64,000 nucleotides of DNA from Candidatus Limnocylindrales bacterium (lineage in GTDB: Bacteria; Chloroflexota; Limnocylindria; Limnocylindrales; CSP1-4). Where the stretch lies: assembly GCA_025450915.1 (NCBI GenBank), contig JANWLH010000066.1, forward strand, positions 6,117-70,116. The letters are read 5' to 3'. The notes under the pieces are model-generated. The model was not told the origin of the DNA. It made no database searches and worked only from the letters and a program-made list of their open reading frames with translations. The first letter of the stretch is position 1. Each line of letters starts with the position of its first letter. The position numbers were made by a program, and so were the translations under genes. Positions 16,441 to 26,806 of this stretch are shown here, piece by piece.

Positions 16441-17517
16441 TCAGCCGCCGATCGCGAACATCTCGATCCGGGGCCGGTTGGTCGTGGCTTCCGAGCGCAG
16501 CTCCGAGTAGCGATCGGCGCGAATCCGCCAGACCGCCCGGATGAGCTCGGTCAGTTCGGCGGCGGTCGAACCGTCACGGAGGGGCGCCCGCAGGTCCGTC
16601 CCGTCGACGCCGAACAGACACGTGTAGAGCTTGCCTTCCGCGGACAGCCGCGCCCGCGTGCATGCGCTGCAGAAGGGCTGGCTGACCGAGGCAATCACCC
16701 CGACCTCGCCGGGGTTGTCGCGGTACGCCCAGCGGTCGGCAACCTCGCCCGGGTAGTTCGGCGGGACCGATTCGAGGCCCAGCTCGGCGTCGAGCGTGGC
16801 CAGGATCTCGGCGGCCGGCACGACCTCATCGAGGCGCCAGCCGTTGCTGTGGCCGACGTCCATGTACTCGATGAACCGCAGGATGTGGCCCTCGTGCCGC
16901 GCCCAGCGGGCCATCGGCAGGATGCTCGTCTCGTTGATCCCCCGCCGGACGACCATGTTGATCTTGAGCGGTGAGAAGCCCGCCTCGCCTGCGGCGGCGA
17001 TTCCGTCCAGCACTTTCGCGACCGGGTAGTCGACCCCGTTCATCGCCCGGAACGTCGGATCGTCGAGTGAGTCGAGGCTGACCGTGATCCGGCCCAGGCC
17101 GGCATCGCGCAGCGGCTCGGCGAGCTGGCGGAGGGCCGAGCCGTTCGTGGTGAGGGTCAGGTCGAGCGGCCCACCGTCGGGTCGCCGGAGGGCGGCGAGC
17201 ATCGCGATCAGGTCGGGCAGGTTGCGCCGGACGAGCGGCTCGCCGCCCGTCACCCGGAGCTTCTCGACACCCTCGGCCACGAAGACCGCCGCGAGCCGTT
17301 CGATCTCCTCGAAGGTCAGCACCTCGGAGCGCGGCAGGAAGGCGAAGTCGCGTCCGTAGATCTCGCGGGGCATGCAGTAGGTGCAGCGGAAGTTGCACCG
17401 GTCGGTGACGGAGATCCGCAGGTCGTGCAGGCGCCGACCGAATCGATCGAGCTGCCGGCCGCCGGCCGCCGACGGATTGACGGCGGCAGTGCTCGGCGAT
17501 TGGGCTGGCGGGACCAT
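16441..17517 (-). CDS. moaA: GTP 3',8-cyclase MoaA (radical SAM, molybdenum cofactor biosynthesis)
   Basis: ORF 16441..17787 trimmed to ATG 17517. It has the radical-SAM motif CNFRCTYCMP, GGEPLVR, and the C-terminal cluster FCSACTRARLSAEGKLYTCLF. Confidence 0.92.
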   Translation of the reverse strand: MVPPAQSPSTAAVNPSAAGGRQLDRFGRRLHDLRISVTDRCNFRCTYCMPREIYGRDFAFLPRSEVLTFEEIERLAAVFVAEGVEKLRVTGGEPLVRRNLPDLIAMLAALRRPDGGPLDLTLTTNGSALRQLAEPLRDAGLGRITVSLDSLDDPTFRAMNGVDYPVAKVLDGIAAAGEAGFSPLKINMVVRRGINETSILPMARWARHEGHILRFIEYMDVGHSNGWRLDEVVPAAEILATLDAELGLESVPPNYPGEVADRWAYRDNPGEVGVIASVSQPFCSACTRARLSAEGKLYTCLFGVDGTDLRAPLRDGSTAAELTELIRAVWRIRADRYSELRSEATTNRPRIEMFAIGG

Positions 17518-17649
17518 CGAGCCATGGTAACGCCGACGCCCGCGAAGACCATATGAACGCGGGGTATGAACCCCGGCGAGATGCCCGAATCCGGAGGATT
17601 CCCTCGAGAACTCGCGCAGCCGGCGGGCTCCGGCCCAGGCGTTGCGCGA

Positions 17650-17725
17650 CGACAACGGAGGCCGCCGGCCGGCGGTGACGGCGGACAACGAGTCGATCCC
17701 GGCTCGGGACCTCCGGTACCACCGG
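17650..17725 (-). promoter_or_regulatory. Candidate Moco (molybdenum cofactor) riboswitch aptamer in the moaA leader
   Basis: The minus-strand RNA is CCGGAGG-UC-CCGAGCC...GGCGGCCUCCGU. CGGAGG/CCUCCG can close P1, and the CCGAGCC and GCCUCC blocks recall the Moco RNA motif as I remember it. A downstream hairpin CCGGGGUUCAUACCCCGCG followed by UUCAUAU could be the expression platform. This was not verified against a covariance model. Confidence 0.35.
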
Positions 17726-17840
17726 ATCGACCGATTGGTACCACTAGCGCACTCCACCGGACCGCCACCCGCTCCTACGATGCCCACACGTCCTCAGAGA
17801 CTGCAACCCGAGCTCTCACCTGGAGGGAACCGCACGATCC

Positions 17841-19316
17841 ATGGCAACGACCGAATCACGCACCGGCTTCCGACTCCCCTGGAGCTCGGAGGAGCGGAGT
17901 GACAAGGCGCCCGTTGACCGGACCGCCGAGGCACCCACCACGGACGAGCCCGCGGACGCCGTGACCGGGGCAACCAGCGCGGCCCCGGAAGCGATCGACG
18001 AGACCGCCGCCCTGTCGCCCGAGGCGATCGGTGCCGAGTCTGCTGCCGAGCCGACCGAGGCCACCGAGTCCGACCAGACCATCGCATCAGATTCGAGCGC
18101 GAAGGAAGCTTCCGTGGAGTCCACCGCCACCGCCCCAGCCGCGCCGGCGCCGTCCCGATCCACGAGCGATCCTTCTGTCGCCAGGAAGCCGACGAAGTTC
18201 GTCCTCGATCTGACCCGCGCGATGCAGGCCGCCGCGGAAGAGTCGCGGGCCCAGACGATGAGCCAGTTCCAGGCCGACGCAAAGACGTTCATCGAGGGCA
18301 TCCACTCGCGTTCGGCCGTCGAGGCGACCGACCTGCGCAAGCGTTCCGATGACGACATCGCCGGCATCCAGGAGTGGTCGAAGGCCGAGATCGCCCGGAT
18401 CCGCGAAGAGACCCAGGGCAAGATCGCCGAGCGCAAGCTCGGCCTGGAGCGCGAGCTCGAGGAGCACGCCGGCCAGATCGAATACGAGATCGACCGCGTC
18501 CAGAGCCGGGTCGCCGGCTTCGAGCTCGAGATGGAGCGCTTCTTCGAGCAGCTCGTCACCGAGGCCGACCCGACCCAGATCGCCGTGATGGCCCAGACCC
18601 TGCCCGAGCCGCCGTCGTTCGACGCCTCGGTGCCCTGGCAGCCGTCCGCGGCCCTCGCTGAGCTGATCGGCGACACGCCGGTCGCGGCGAGCTCCAGCCC
18701 GGCCGAGACCGAGCCCGAGGCACCCGCGGAGGGCGCGGCCGAGGTCGTCGACAGCGAGGCCGCGATGGCCGCGATCGAGGCTGCCCACCAGGCCGCCGAG
18801 GTCACCGAAGGGGAAGCCACGACCGAACAGGCCGCCGGTGGCGAGACGGCAACCGACGAGAATGATCCACGCCTGGCCGCCCTCGGGTTGGCCCCGAACT
18901 TCGATGCCGCCGAGGCCGAAGCGGCCGCCGAGGCAACGACCGCCGACGACGAGATCCCGACGATGGGCGATGACGCTCTCGCCGCCCGGCTTGCCGGCCT
19001 CGTTCCGCCCGAAGGCGAGACCGAGGCTCGCCCGGCACGGGCCGCCTCGGAGCAGACGTCGAAGGTCGTCGTCTCCGGCCTGGTCAGCGTGGCCAGCATT
19101 GCCAGCTTCAAGCGCCACCTCGGTCGCGTGAGCGGCGTCCAGTCGGTGGGCGTCTCATCGGGACCCGACGGCGAGTTCGTCTTCACCGTTCATCACGACG
19201 ATGCCGTCAATCTCAGCGAGGTCGTTCCCGGGCTGCCGGGCTTCCGGGCCCGGGTCACGAATGCTGCCGACGGTGTCGTCAGCGTGACGGCCCACGATCC
19301 AGAGTCCGGGAGCTAG
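17841..19316 (+). CDS. Acidic low-complexity / coiled-coil protein with compact C-terminal domain (hypothetical)
   Basis: 491 aa. The Ala/Glu/Thr-rich N-terminal and middle regions flank a central heptad-like segment (AEIARIREETQGKIAERKLGLERELEEHAGQIEYEIDRVQSRV). The C-terminus VVVSGLVSVASIASFKRHLGRVSGVQSVGVSSGPDGEFVFTV looks like a small alpha/beta domain. A GGAGGGAA SD lies upstream. Confidence 0.75.
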   Translation: MATTESRTGFRLPWSSEERSDKAPVDRTAEAPTTDEPADAVTGATSAAPEAIDETAALSPEAIGAESAAEPTEATESDQTIASDSSAKEASVESTATAPAAPAPSRSTSDPSVARKPTKFVLDLTRAMQAAAEESRAQTMSQFQADAKTFIEGIHSRSAVEATDLRKRSDDDIAGIQEWSKAEIARIREETQGKIAERKLGLERELEEHAGQIEYEIDRVQSRVAGFELEMERFFEQLVTEADPTQIAVMAQTLPEPPSFDASVPWQPSAALAELIGDTPVAASSSPAETEPEAPAEGAAEVVDSEAAMAAIEAAHQAAEVTEGEATTEQAAGGETATDENDPRLAALGLAPNFDAAEAEAAAEATTADDEIPTMGDDALAARLAGLVPPEGETEARPARAASEQTSKVVVSGLVSVASIASFKRHLGRVSGVQSVGVSSGPDGEFVFTVHHDDAVNLSEVVPGLPGFRARVTNAADGVVSVTAHDPESGS

Positions 19317-19322
19317 GCAGCC

Positions 19323-20573
19323 ATGGGCCGCCAGGCTATCGTCGTCGCGCTGCCCCGCGACGAGCAGGTCGCTGTCATCCGCGAGCTCACCGAAGCCGGC
19401 TTCGAGGCACTTCCGGTCACGACCCCGCAGGACCTCGAGACGATCCTGAACGGCCGGCGGGAAATCGGCGTCGCGATCCTCGACGGCGAGAGCGACTTCG
19501 ACCGCTCGCTCGAGTTCTACTCCCTGCTCCACGACTCGGACCGCGACATCCCCGCCCTGATGGTCGTGTCGCCGCGGGCGCTCGATCGCCTGGCCGGTGC
19601 CGCCACCAAGGCCAACATCGACGATGAGTTCTTCACCCGGCCGTACTCGACCGATTCGCTCCGCTGGCGAATCGAGGCGATGTTGATCCGCTCCGTGACG
19701 ATCGACGATGGTAGCGGTCCGATCCTCCAGTCGAGTGGCGACTTCGAGTCGGAGTCGTGGTCGAAGCGGGCCACGATCGTCTCGATCTTCAATCCCAAGG
19801 GTGGGGTCGGCAAGACCACGACGGCCCTGAACCTGGCGGCGGCGCTCCAGGTCCGGCTGGGCCTCAAGGTGATGCTCGTCGACGCCGACACGGTCACCGG
19901 TCACATCGCCACGTCGCTCGGCCTCGAGTCGGTCACGACGGTCGTCGACGCCTGGACCGACGACGTCGAAGAGGGTCGCGCCGAGCGCAGCCTCATCGAC
20001 ATCGCCACCCAGCATGCGAACGGCCTGACGGTCTGCGTCCTGACCGCGAGCCCCCTGAACACCGAGATCCTCGTGCCGGAGCAGGTCGGCGATGCCATCC
20101 GCGCGGCCCGGCGCGGCTTCGATTTCATCATCGTCGACATGCACCCGTCGTACAGCCCGCTCAACCAGACGATCTTCGAGCGGAGCGACCGGATCCTCGT
20201 GCCGGTGACCCCGGACGTGCCCGCGCTCCGGGCGGCCGTCCAGATGCGCGATGTCGCCCAGGAGCTGGGCGTCCGCGACAAGCTGGCCCTCGTCGTCAAC
20301 CGGGCAAACAGCGGCGTCTCGGTCGCCGACATGGAGCGAACGGTCGGAATGCCGGCTCTCGCCCTGATCCGGTCGGGCGGCCTGCTCTTCGTGCGGGCAG
20401 CCAACGAGGGCCGCTCGGTGGTCGAGCAGTACCCCAAGGAGAAGGTGACCGAGGACTTCGAGATCCTCGCGCAGAAGCTCGTCGGCACCGAATTCCAGGC
20501 CGCCGAGAAGGGCGCCGCCGCGAAGCCGGCGTTCCGGATCTTCAATCGCTCGAAGGAACCGGCCCGGGCCTGA
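19323..20573 (+). CDS. Receiver-like domain fused to ParA/MinD-type P-loop ATPase (CpaE/TadZ-like architecture)
   Basis: The N-terminal ~125 aa has a CheY-like fold, with VAILDGE at the phospho-acceptor position but R instead of the conserved K (FFTRPY). The deviant Walker A is IFNPKGGVGKTTTALNLA, and Walker B is FIIVDMHP. Confidence 0.85.
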   Translation: MGRQAIVVALPRDEQVAVIRELTEAGFEALPVTTPQDLETILNGRREIGVAILDGESDFDRSLEFYSLLHDSDRDIPALMVVSPRALDRLAGAATKANIDDEFFTRPYSTDSLRWRIEAMLIRSVTIDDGSGPILQSSGDFESESWSKRATIVSIFNPKGGVGKTTTALNLAAALQVRLGLKVMLVDADTVTGHIATSLGLESVTTVVDAWTDDVEEGRAERSLIDIATQHANGLTVCVLTASPLNTEILVPEQVGDAIRAARRGFDFIIVDMHPSYSPLNQTIFERSDRILVPVTPDVPALRAAVQMRDVAQELGVRDKLALVVNRANSGVSVADMERTVGMPALALIRSGGLLFVRAANEGRSVVEQYPKEKVTEDFEILAQKLVGTEFQAAEKGAAAKPAFRIFNRSKEPARA

Positions 20574-20576
20574 CCC

Positions 20577-21221
20577 TCAGCCCGGCGCGGTCTCCTCGGT
20601 CCCGCTGCCCTCGAGCTGCTCCACCCGCCGCAGGTAGTGGCGATTGACGAGGATCGTGTCGGTCGGCGTGTCCCCGATGCGCGTCTCGTTGAGCATCACC
20701 AAACCGTCGGTCACCGCGAAGAACATGTCGCTCGAGCGATCGAGCAGGCGCTCCGGCTCGTAGCCCGGGAAGACGTGGACCGTGCCCCGGACGCGGAACG
20801 GCGGGACTTCGAGGATCACCCCGTAGCTGACCTTGTGGACCCGGTGGGCGGCCTTCTCCTCGTCCGAGAAGTCCGGTAGGGAATCCTCGCCCGCCAGGAC
20901 GACGATCAGGTCGTAGGGGTCGATCAGGCGCAGGCCGGGGACTGCGCTGAAGGGCTCGGAGCCGTCGAGCGGTGCCCAGCTCACGTCGCGGATCGAGATC
21001 GCGTCGCGCTTGTTGAGGGCGTCCGAGAGGCGGCCCTCCACCTCCATGACGCCCACCAGCCGCCATTCCTCGGTGACGCCGTCGAAGGCGATCCCGCCGG
21101 CCGCAGCGGGATGGGGCACCAGCGCTGCCGCGGTCAGCGCCGTCGCGGCCGTCACGGTCGCCGCGCCCGCCTGGGCCGCCTCCCCGGCCCGTCCATCGCG
21201 CTTGCCGAACCCGAACGGCAC
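20577..21221 (-). CDS. Hypothetical protein directly abutting the acs stop codon
   Basis: The GTG start at 21221 immediately follows the acs TAG (21222-21224). 214 aa, with an Ala-rich N-terminus followed by a globular region (WRLVGVMEVEGRLSDALN, FRVRGTVHVFPGYEPERLLD). I recognise no family. Confidence 0.6.
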   Translation of the reverse strand: MPFGFGKRDGRAGEAAQAGAATVTAATALTAAALVPHPAAAGGIAFDGVTEEWRLVGVMEVEGRLSDALNKRDAISIRDVSWAPLDGSEPFSAVPGLRLIDPYDLIVVLAGEDSLPDFSDEEKAAHRVHKVSYGVILEVPPFRVRGTVHVFPGYEPERLLDRSSDMFFAVTDGLVMLNETRIGDTPTDTILVNRHYLRRVEQLEGSGTEETAPG

Positions 21222-23186
<1,965 letters not shown>

Positions 23187-23223
23187 GACACGTCTCCTGC
23201 GGCTTCTGCTGGCCATTCTACGC

Positions 23224-23237
23224 GGGCGCCTGCGCCC
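23224..23237 (-). terminator. GC-rich palindrome after mscS (candidate terminator)
   Basis: GGGCGC-CT-GCGCCC lies about 35 nt downstream of the mscS stop and immediately upstream of the acs -10 box. There is no U-tract. Confidence 0.3.
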
Positions 23238-23270
23238 GGCTGCTCCACCGGCGAGTGAAGGCCCGCGGCG

Positions 23271-24221
23271 TCAGCCGTCGACCGGCGGGGCGTCGGGCGG
23301 GCTTTCGGGACCCGCCGGGTCGTCGGGTCGCTGGGGACGCGCGACGGGACCGGCCATCATCGAACCGCTCACGGGCATGCCCGAGGGCAGGACGGGCGCG
23401 GGGATCTCGATGTCGTTCGCAGCCATCGCCGCGAGGATCCGCTTGCGCAGCTCACCGGTCACGGCAACCATCTCGCCGGCCTGTACCCGCCCGAGGATCT
23501 TGAGGGTGATCCCCCGCTCGCCGAGCTGGTCGACCCGATCGACCGTGGGTGTCTCGAGGATCTTTGCCGCCCACGCCGGATCGGCCGCCAGGCCCGCCCC
23601 GACGCCGTCGAAGACGCTGATCGCGTGCTCGATGTCCGTGCCGTAGGCGACGACGACGTCGTGGTTGATCCGGCGCCAGACCCGGGTCCGGTTCGAGGCC
23701 ACCTTGATCTCGCCGTTGGGCACGTTGTGGACCACGCCGTCGGCGTCGCGCAGGACAGTCCGCCGGAGGGTCAGCTCCTCGACGGTTCCGGTCACCCCGG
23801 CGATCTCGACGACGTCGCCCTGGCCGTACTGGTTCTCGAGGAGGATCAGGATCCCCGAGAAGAAGTCCCGGACGATTGCCTGGGCACCGAAGCCGATGGC
23901 GATGCCCACGACGCCGAGCCCGGCGATCGCCGGCCCGACATCGAGCCCGATCTGCTCGAGGACGAGGAGGCCGCCGATCGTGAGCACGAAACCCTTGACG
24001 ACGTAGCCGGCGAGCGCATCGATCGTGGCGAAGCGCTTGCTGACCTCGGCCGCCTCGTCCAGGCTCGCCTCGGATTGGGCCCTTGCCTGCATGGCCCCGA
24101 GGACCCGCCGCAGGGCGCCCATCGAGACCCGGGTGATCGCAACGCACACGACCACGATGACCAGGACGATCAGGAGCCGGTCGGCGATCACTGCCGCCCA
24201 GCCCGCGTAGGTATCAGGCAT
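23271..24221 (-). CDS. Small-conductance mechanosensitive channel (MscS family)
   Basis: Three N-terminal TM helices, the pore-helix region GLGVVGIAIGFGAQAIVRDFFSG, and a beta-domain GDVVEIAGVTGTVEELTLRRTVLRD. Confidence 0.9.
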   Translation of the reverse strand: MPDTYAGWAAVIADRLLIVLVIVVVCVAITRVSMGALRRVLGAMQARAQSEASLDEAAEVSKRFATIDALAGYVVKGFVLTIGGLLVLEQIGLDVGPAIAGLGVVGIAIGFGAQAIVRDFFSGILILLENQYGQGDVVEIAGVTGTVEELTLRRTVLRDADGVVHNVPNGEIKVASNRTRVWRRINHDVVVAYGTDIEHAISVFDGVGAGLAADPAWAAKILETPTVDRVDQLGERGITLKILGRVQAGEMVAVTGELRKRILAAMAANDIEIPAPVLPSGMPVSGSMMAGPVARPQRPDDPAGPESPPDAPPVDG

Positions 24222-24280
24222 GTCCCGTCCAGCCTAGCGTGCCCGGCAGCCCCGCTGCCGGCCTCGGTCCCGGTCCCTGG

Positions 24281-25048
24281 TCAGGCGGCGGCACCGCCGA
24301 GGCGGACCGAGATCGCGGCGGCCGCCTCGCGGGCCTGCGAGGCGAGCTCGGGGATCCGGCGGGGGGTGAGCCGGAAGGCCGGACCCCAGATGTCGACCGC
24401 GGCGATGACGGCGCCGCGCGCATCGAAGACCGGCGCGGCCACCGCGTTGAGGCCGAGCTCGAACTCGCCGATCGCAGTGGCGTACCCGCGTCGGCGAACA
24501 CGCGAGAGCTCCTCGAGGAGCGGTTCGAGCTCGGTCAGCGTGCGCTCGGTATAGGCCGCCAGGCCCTTGCGCACGATGCGCAGGACCTCGCGCTCGGCCA
24601 GCGCCGCGAGGAGCACCTTGCCGGAGGCGACGCAATGGAGCGGCGTGGACCGGCCGGTCCAGTCGCCGACGGCAATGAGGTTCGGCCCGTCCGCCTGGGC
24701 GACGGTCAACAGCTGGTCACCCTCGAGGGCACCGAGGCCGGTCGTCTCGCGGGTGAGGCGCGCCAGCCGTTCGAGTTCGGGCATCGCGATCCCGCGCAGG
24801 TCGAGGGTCCGCTCGGCCCGTTCGGCGAGGCGGATGACGACGAGCCCAAGGCGGTACTTGCCGGTCTCCTCGTCCTGCTCGACCAGGCCGCGCCGTTCGA
24901 GGGTGGCCAGCAGGCGCGACGCCGTCGACTTGTGCAGGCCAAGGCGGCGGGCAAGCTCGGTCACCCCGGCCTCGCCGGCCGACTCGCCGAGGGCGAGCAG
25001 GAGCGAGGCCGCCCGGTCGACCGAGCGGACTGCATTCCCGTCGATCAA
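24281..25048 (-). CDS. IclR-family transcriptional regulator
   Basis: The HTH is VRSVDRAASLLLALGE..GVTELARRLGLHKSTASRLLATLERRGLV, followed by an IclR effector domain. The long ORF (to 25576) overlaps the upstream aminotransferase gene. The start is probably TTG 25048, or alternatively ATG 25108. Confidence 0.85.
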   Translation of the reverse strand: MIDGNAVRSVDRAASLLLALGESAGEAGVTELARRLGLHKSTASRLLATLERRGLVEQDEETGKYRLGLVVIRLAERAERTLDLRGIAMPELERLARLTRETTGLGALEGDQLLTVAQADGPNLIAVGDWTGRSTPLHCVASGKVLLAALAEREVLRIVRKGLAAYTERTLTELEPLLEELSRVRRRGYATAIGEFELGLNAVAAPVFDARGAVIAAVDIWGPAFRLTPRRIPELASQAREAAAAISVRLGGAAA

Positions 25049-25061
25049 CGCCGTCGCTCCA

Positions 25062-26438
25062 TCAGTCGAGCACGAGCGACGGCGCGGCGATCCCCTGCGC
25101 CCGGGCATCGAGGGCCGCCTCGAGCGAGCCCTCGAACGCCTCGAGGACCTGGGCCTCGTCGGCGTCGTCGTGGGCCGCGCACAGGAACCACGGCTCGCGC
25201 GAGTCGGGCTCGGGCATCGCCCCGCGCGGGTGCATGCCCACCGCGACGGCGTCGTACAGGTCGTGGTCGGTCCTGACCCAGTCGCGATACTCGCGGACGT
25301 CCTCGCTCGTGAACATGATCCCGAACATCGCCGGCACGCCGGTGAAGTTGAAGGGCAGGCCCTTGGCGTTGAGGATCGAGGCCAGGCCGGCCTGGATCGA
25401 CAGGCCACGCTTCCTGATCCCCTCGACGACCGAGCCGTCCTTGAGGATCGACAGCGTCGCGACGGCCGCGGCGGCGGCAACCCGGTTGCCGGCGTAGGTC
25501 CCACCGTGGCTGACCTTGTCGGGCAGCATGTCCATGACTTCCCGCCGGCCGCCGAATGCCGCCGCGGGATAGCCATTGCCGATGGCCTTGGCGAAGGAGC
25601 CCAGGTCGGGCTTGATCCCGAAGTACTCGGCTGCGCCGCCCCGGGCGATCCGGAAGCCCGTCTTGACCTCGTCGAAGATCAGCAGGGCCCCGAACTCCTC
25701 GGTGATCGCCCGGACACCCTGGTGGAAGCCCTCCTTGGGCAGGATCCCCTGGGCATTGCCCAGGACCGGCTCGATGATCACTGCGGCGATGTCGTCGCCC
25801 TCGGCCTCGAAGACCCGCCGGAGCGTGGCCAGGTCGTTGTAGGGCACGGGGATCACCGTCTGGGTGACCGCCTCGGGGATCCCCCGGCCCCAGGCCAGGT
25901 GGACCGGGTTGTCGCGATCGCCCAGCTCGCCCATGTCGTTGGGCAGGACGCTGATCAGGGCGTAGTCGTGGACGCCGTGGTACTGGCCCTCGAACTTGAT
26001 GATCTTCTCGCGGCCGGTGAAGGCCCGGGCGATGCGCATCAGGTGCATCGTGGCTTCGGTGCCCGAGACGGTCATCCGGGCCATCTCCACCCAGCCCGTG
26101 ATCTCGCAGATCAGCTCACACGCCCGGACCTCGTCCTCGCTGGTCAGCGAGAAGCTCACGCCCCGGCGCATCCGCTCGTTGACGTAGTCGTCGACCCGCG
26201 GATCGGCGTGGCCGAGCATGACCGGGCCATAGCCCAGGCGCAGGTCGACGTATTCGTTCTGGTCCATGTCCCAGACCCGGCCGCCCTTGCCCCGATCGAC
26301 GTAGATCGTGTCCTCGCCCCAGGTCCGGAAGTTCGAGTCGGTGCCGCCGGGCATGGACTTCAGCGCGCGCTGGTACAGCTCGGCCTGGCGCTCGCGCTTG
26401 AGGGTGGGCGTGGGGCGGACGGCGGGCTCGGTGGCCAT
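25062..26438 (-). CDS. Class III PLP aminotransferase (glutamate-1-semialdehyde aminomutase-like)
   Basis: ORF trimmed to ATG 26438 (GGAGGGAACC SD). Motifs: GTDSNFR, VSGTEATMHLMRIARAFTGR, and FDEVKTGFR, which carries the PLP lysine. Confidence 0.9.
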   Translation of the reverse strand: MATEPAVRPTPTLKRERQAELYQRALKSMPGGTDSNFRTWGEDTIYVDRGKGGRVWDMDQNEYVDLRLGYGPVMLGHADPRVDDYVNERMRRGVSFSLTSEDEVRACELICEITGWVEMARMTVSGTEATMHLMRIARAFTGREKIIKFEGQYHGVHDYALISVLPNDMGELGDRDNPVHLAWGRGIPEAVTQTVIPVPYNDLATLRRVFEAEGDDIAAVIIEPVLGNAQGILPKEGFHQGVRAITEEFGALLIFDEVKTGFRIARGGAAEYFGIKPDLGSFAKAIGNGYPAAAFGGRREVMDMLPDKVSHGGTYAGNRVAAAAAVATLSILKDGSVVEGIRKRGLSIQAGLASILNAKGLPFNFTGVPAMFGIMFTSEDVREYRDWVRTDHDLYDAVAVGMHPRGAMPEPDSREPWFLCAAHDDADEAQVLEAFEGSLEAALDARAQGIAAPSLVLD

Positions 26439-26499
26439 GGTTCCCTCCGGATGGAGCAGCAGTCGCAGCGATGCGACAGGCGGGACGGGTGCCCGGGTC

Positions 26500-26526
26500 G
26501 CGCAACGTTCCCTGATGGCGTTGCGC
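26500..26526 (-). promoter_or_regulatory. Perfect 8-bp inverted repeat in the aminotransferase/iclR leader (candidate operator or RNA hairpin)
   Basis: GCGCAACG-N11-CGTTGCGC lies between a TTGACC-18nt-CATTCT promoter-like pair (26578-26549, minus strand) and the start codon. A second hairpin GTCGCA-GCGA-TGCGAC is at 26462-26477. Confidence 0.35.
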
Positions 26527-26806
26527 GATGCGGGACTGGTTGGGCCCAAGAATGCCACGAGCCGAGCAGACCGGTCAACACGATATTCGCGGCTCATCGA
26601 CGGCTCTCGTGCGGAATCCGACGATGATTCGCCAGTCACCCGTGCAAACCGGCGTTTGCCGAAGCGCGTGTCAGGCCGGCGGGGCCTCGCGGTCGAGTCG
26701 TACCAGCCAGCGCGGCAGGCCGGCGCTGCGGGCCCACAACGGCGCGCAGCGACGCATCCCGTTGGGCGGCCGGCCCGGACCAGCCACGTTCCGCGAGCGG
26801 TCCGCC

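Noticed and set aside
15827-16510. ORFs 15827..16363(-) 178 aa and 16133..16510(+) 125 aa in the moaA-punA gap as protein genes.
   Set aside because: They are Arg-rich, with no start-site signals, no family resemblance and no GC3 periodicity comparable to neighbouring genes.
24281-25576. The full 431-aa ORF as an extended IclR protein, and similar N-terminal extensions of moaA (to 17787), gad (to 48216), the aquaporin (to 62321), polX (to 42783) and the class III aminotransferase (to 26639).
   Set aside because: The extensions are Arg/Pro-rich and overlap neighbouring genes or promoters. Internal starts with SDs or start/stop overlaps give proteins of canonical length.
26480-26640. A ZTP (pfl) riboswitch-like fragment on the minus strand. 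GGGUGACUGGCGAAUC (about 26625-26640) resembles the GACUGGCG block, and CCCGCCUGUCGC (about 26478-26489) faintly resembles CCGCCUGGGC.
   Set aside because: The 3' block lacks the conserved GGGC, and the expected GGUGG..CCACC-GGG hairpin is absent. The two blocks are ~150 nt apart. The downstream gene (a class III aminotransferase) is not a purine or folate gene. Only a cmsearch with RF01750 could revive this.
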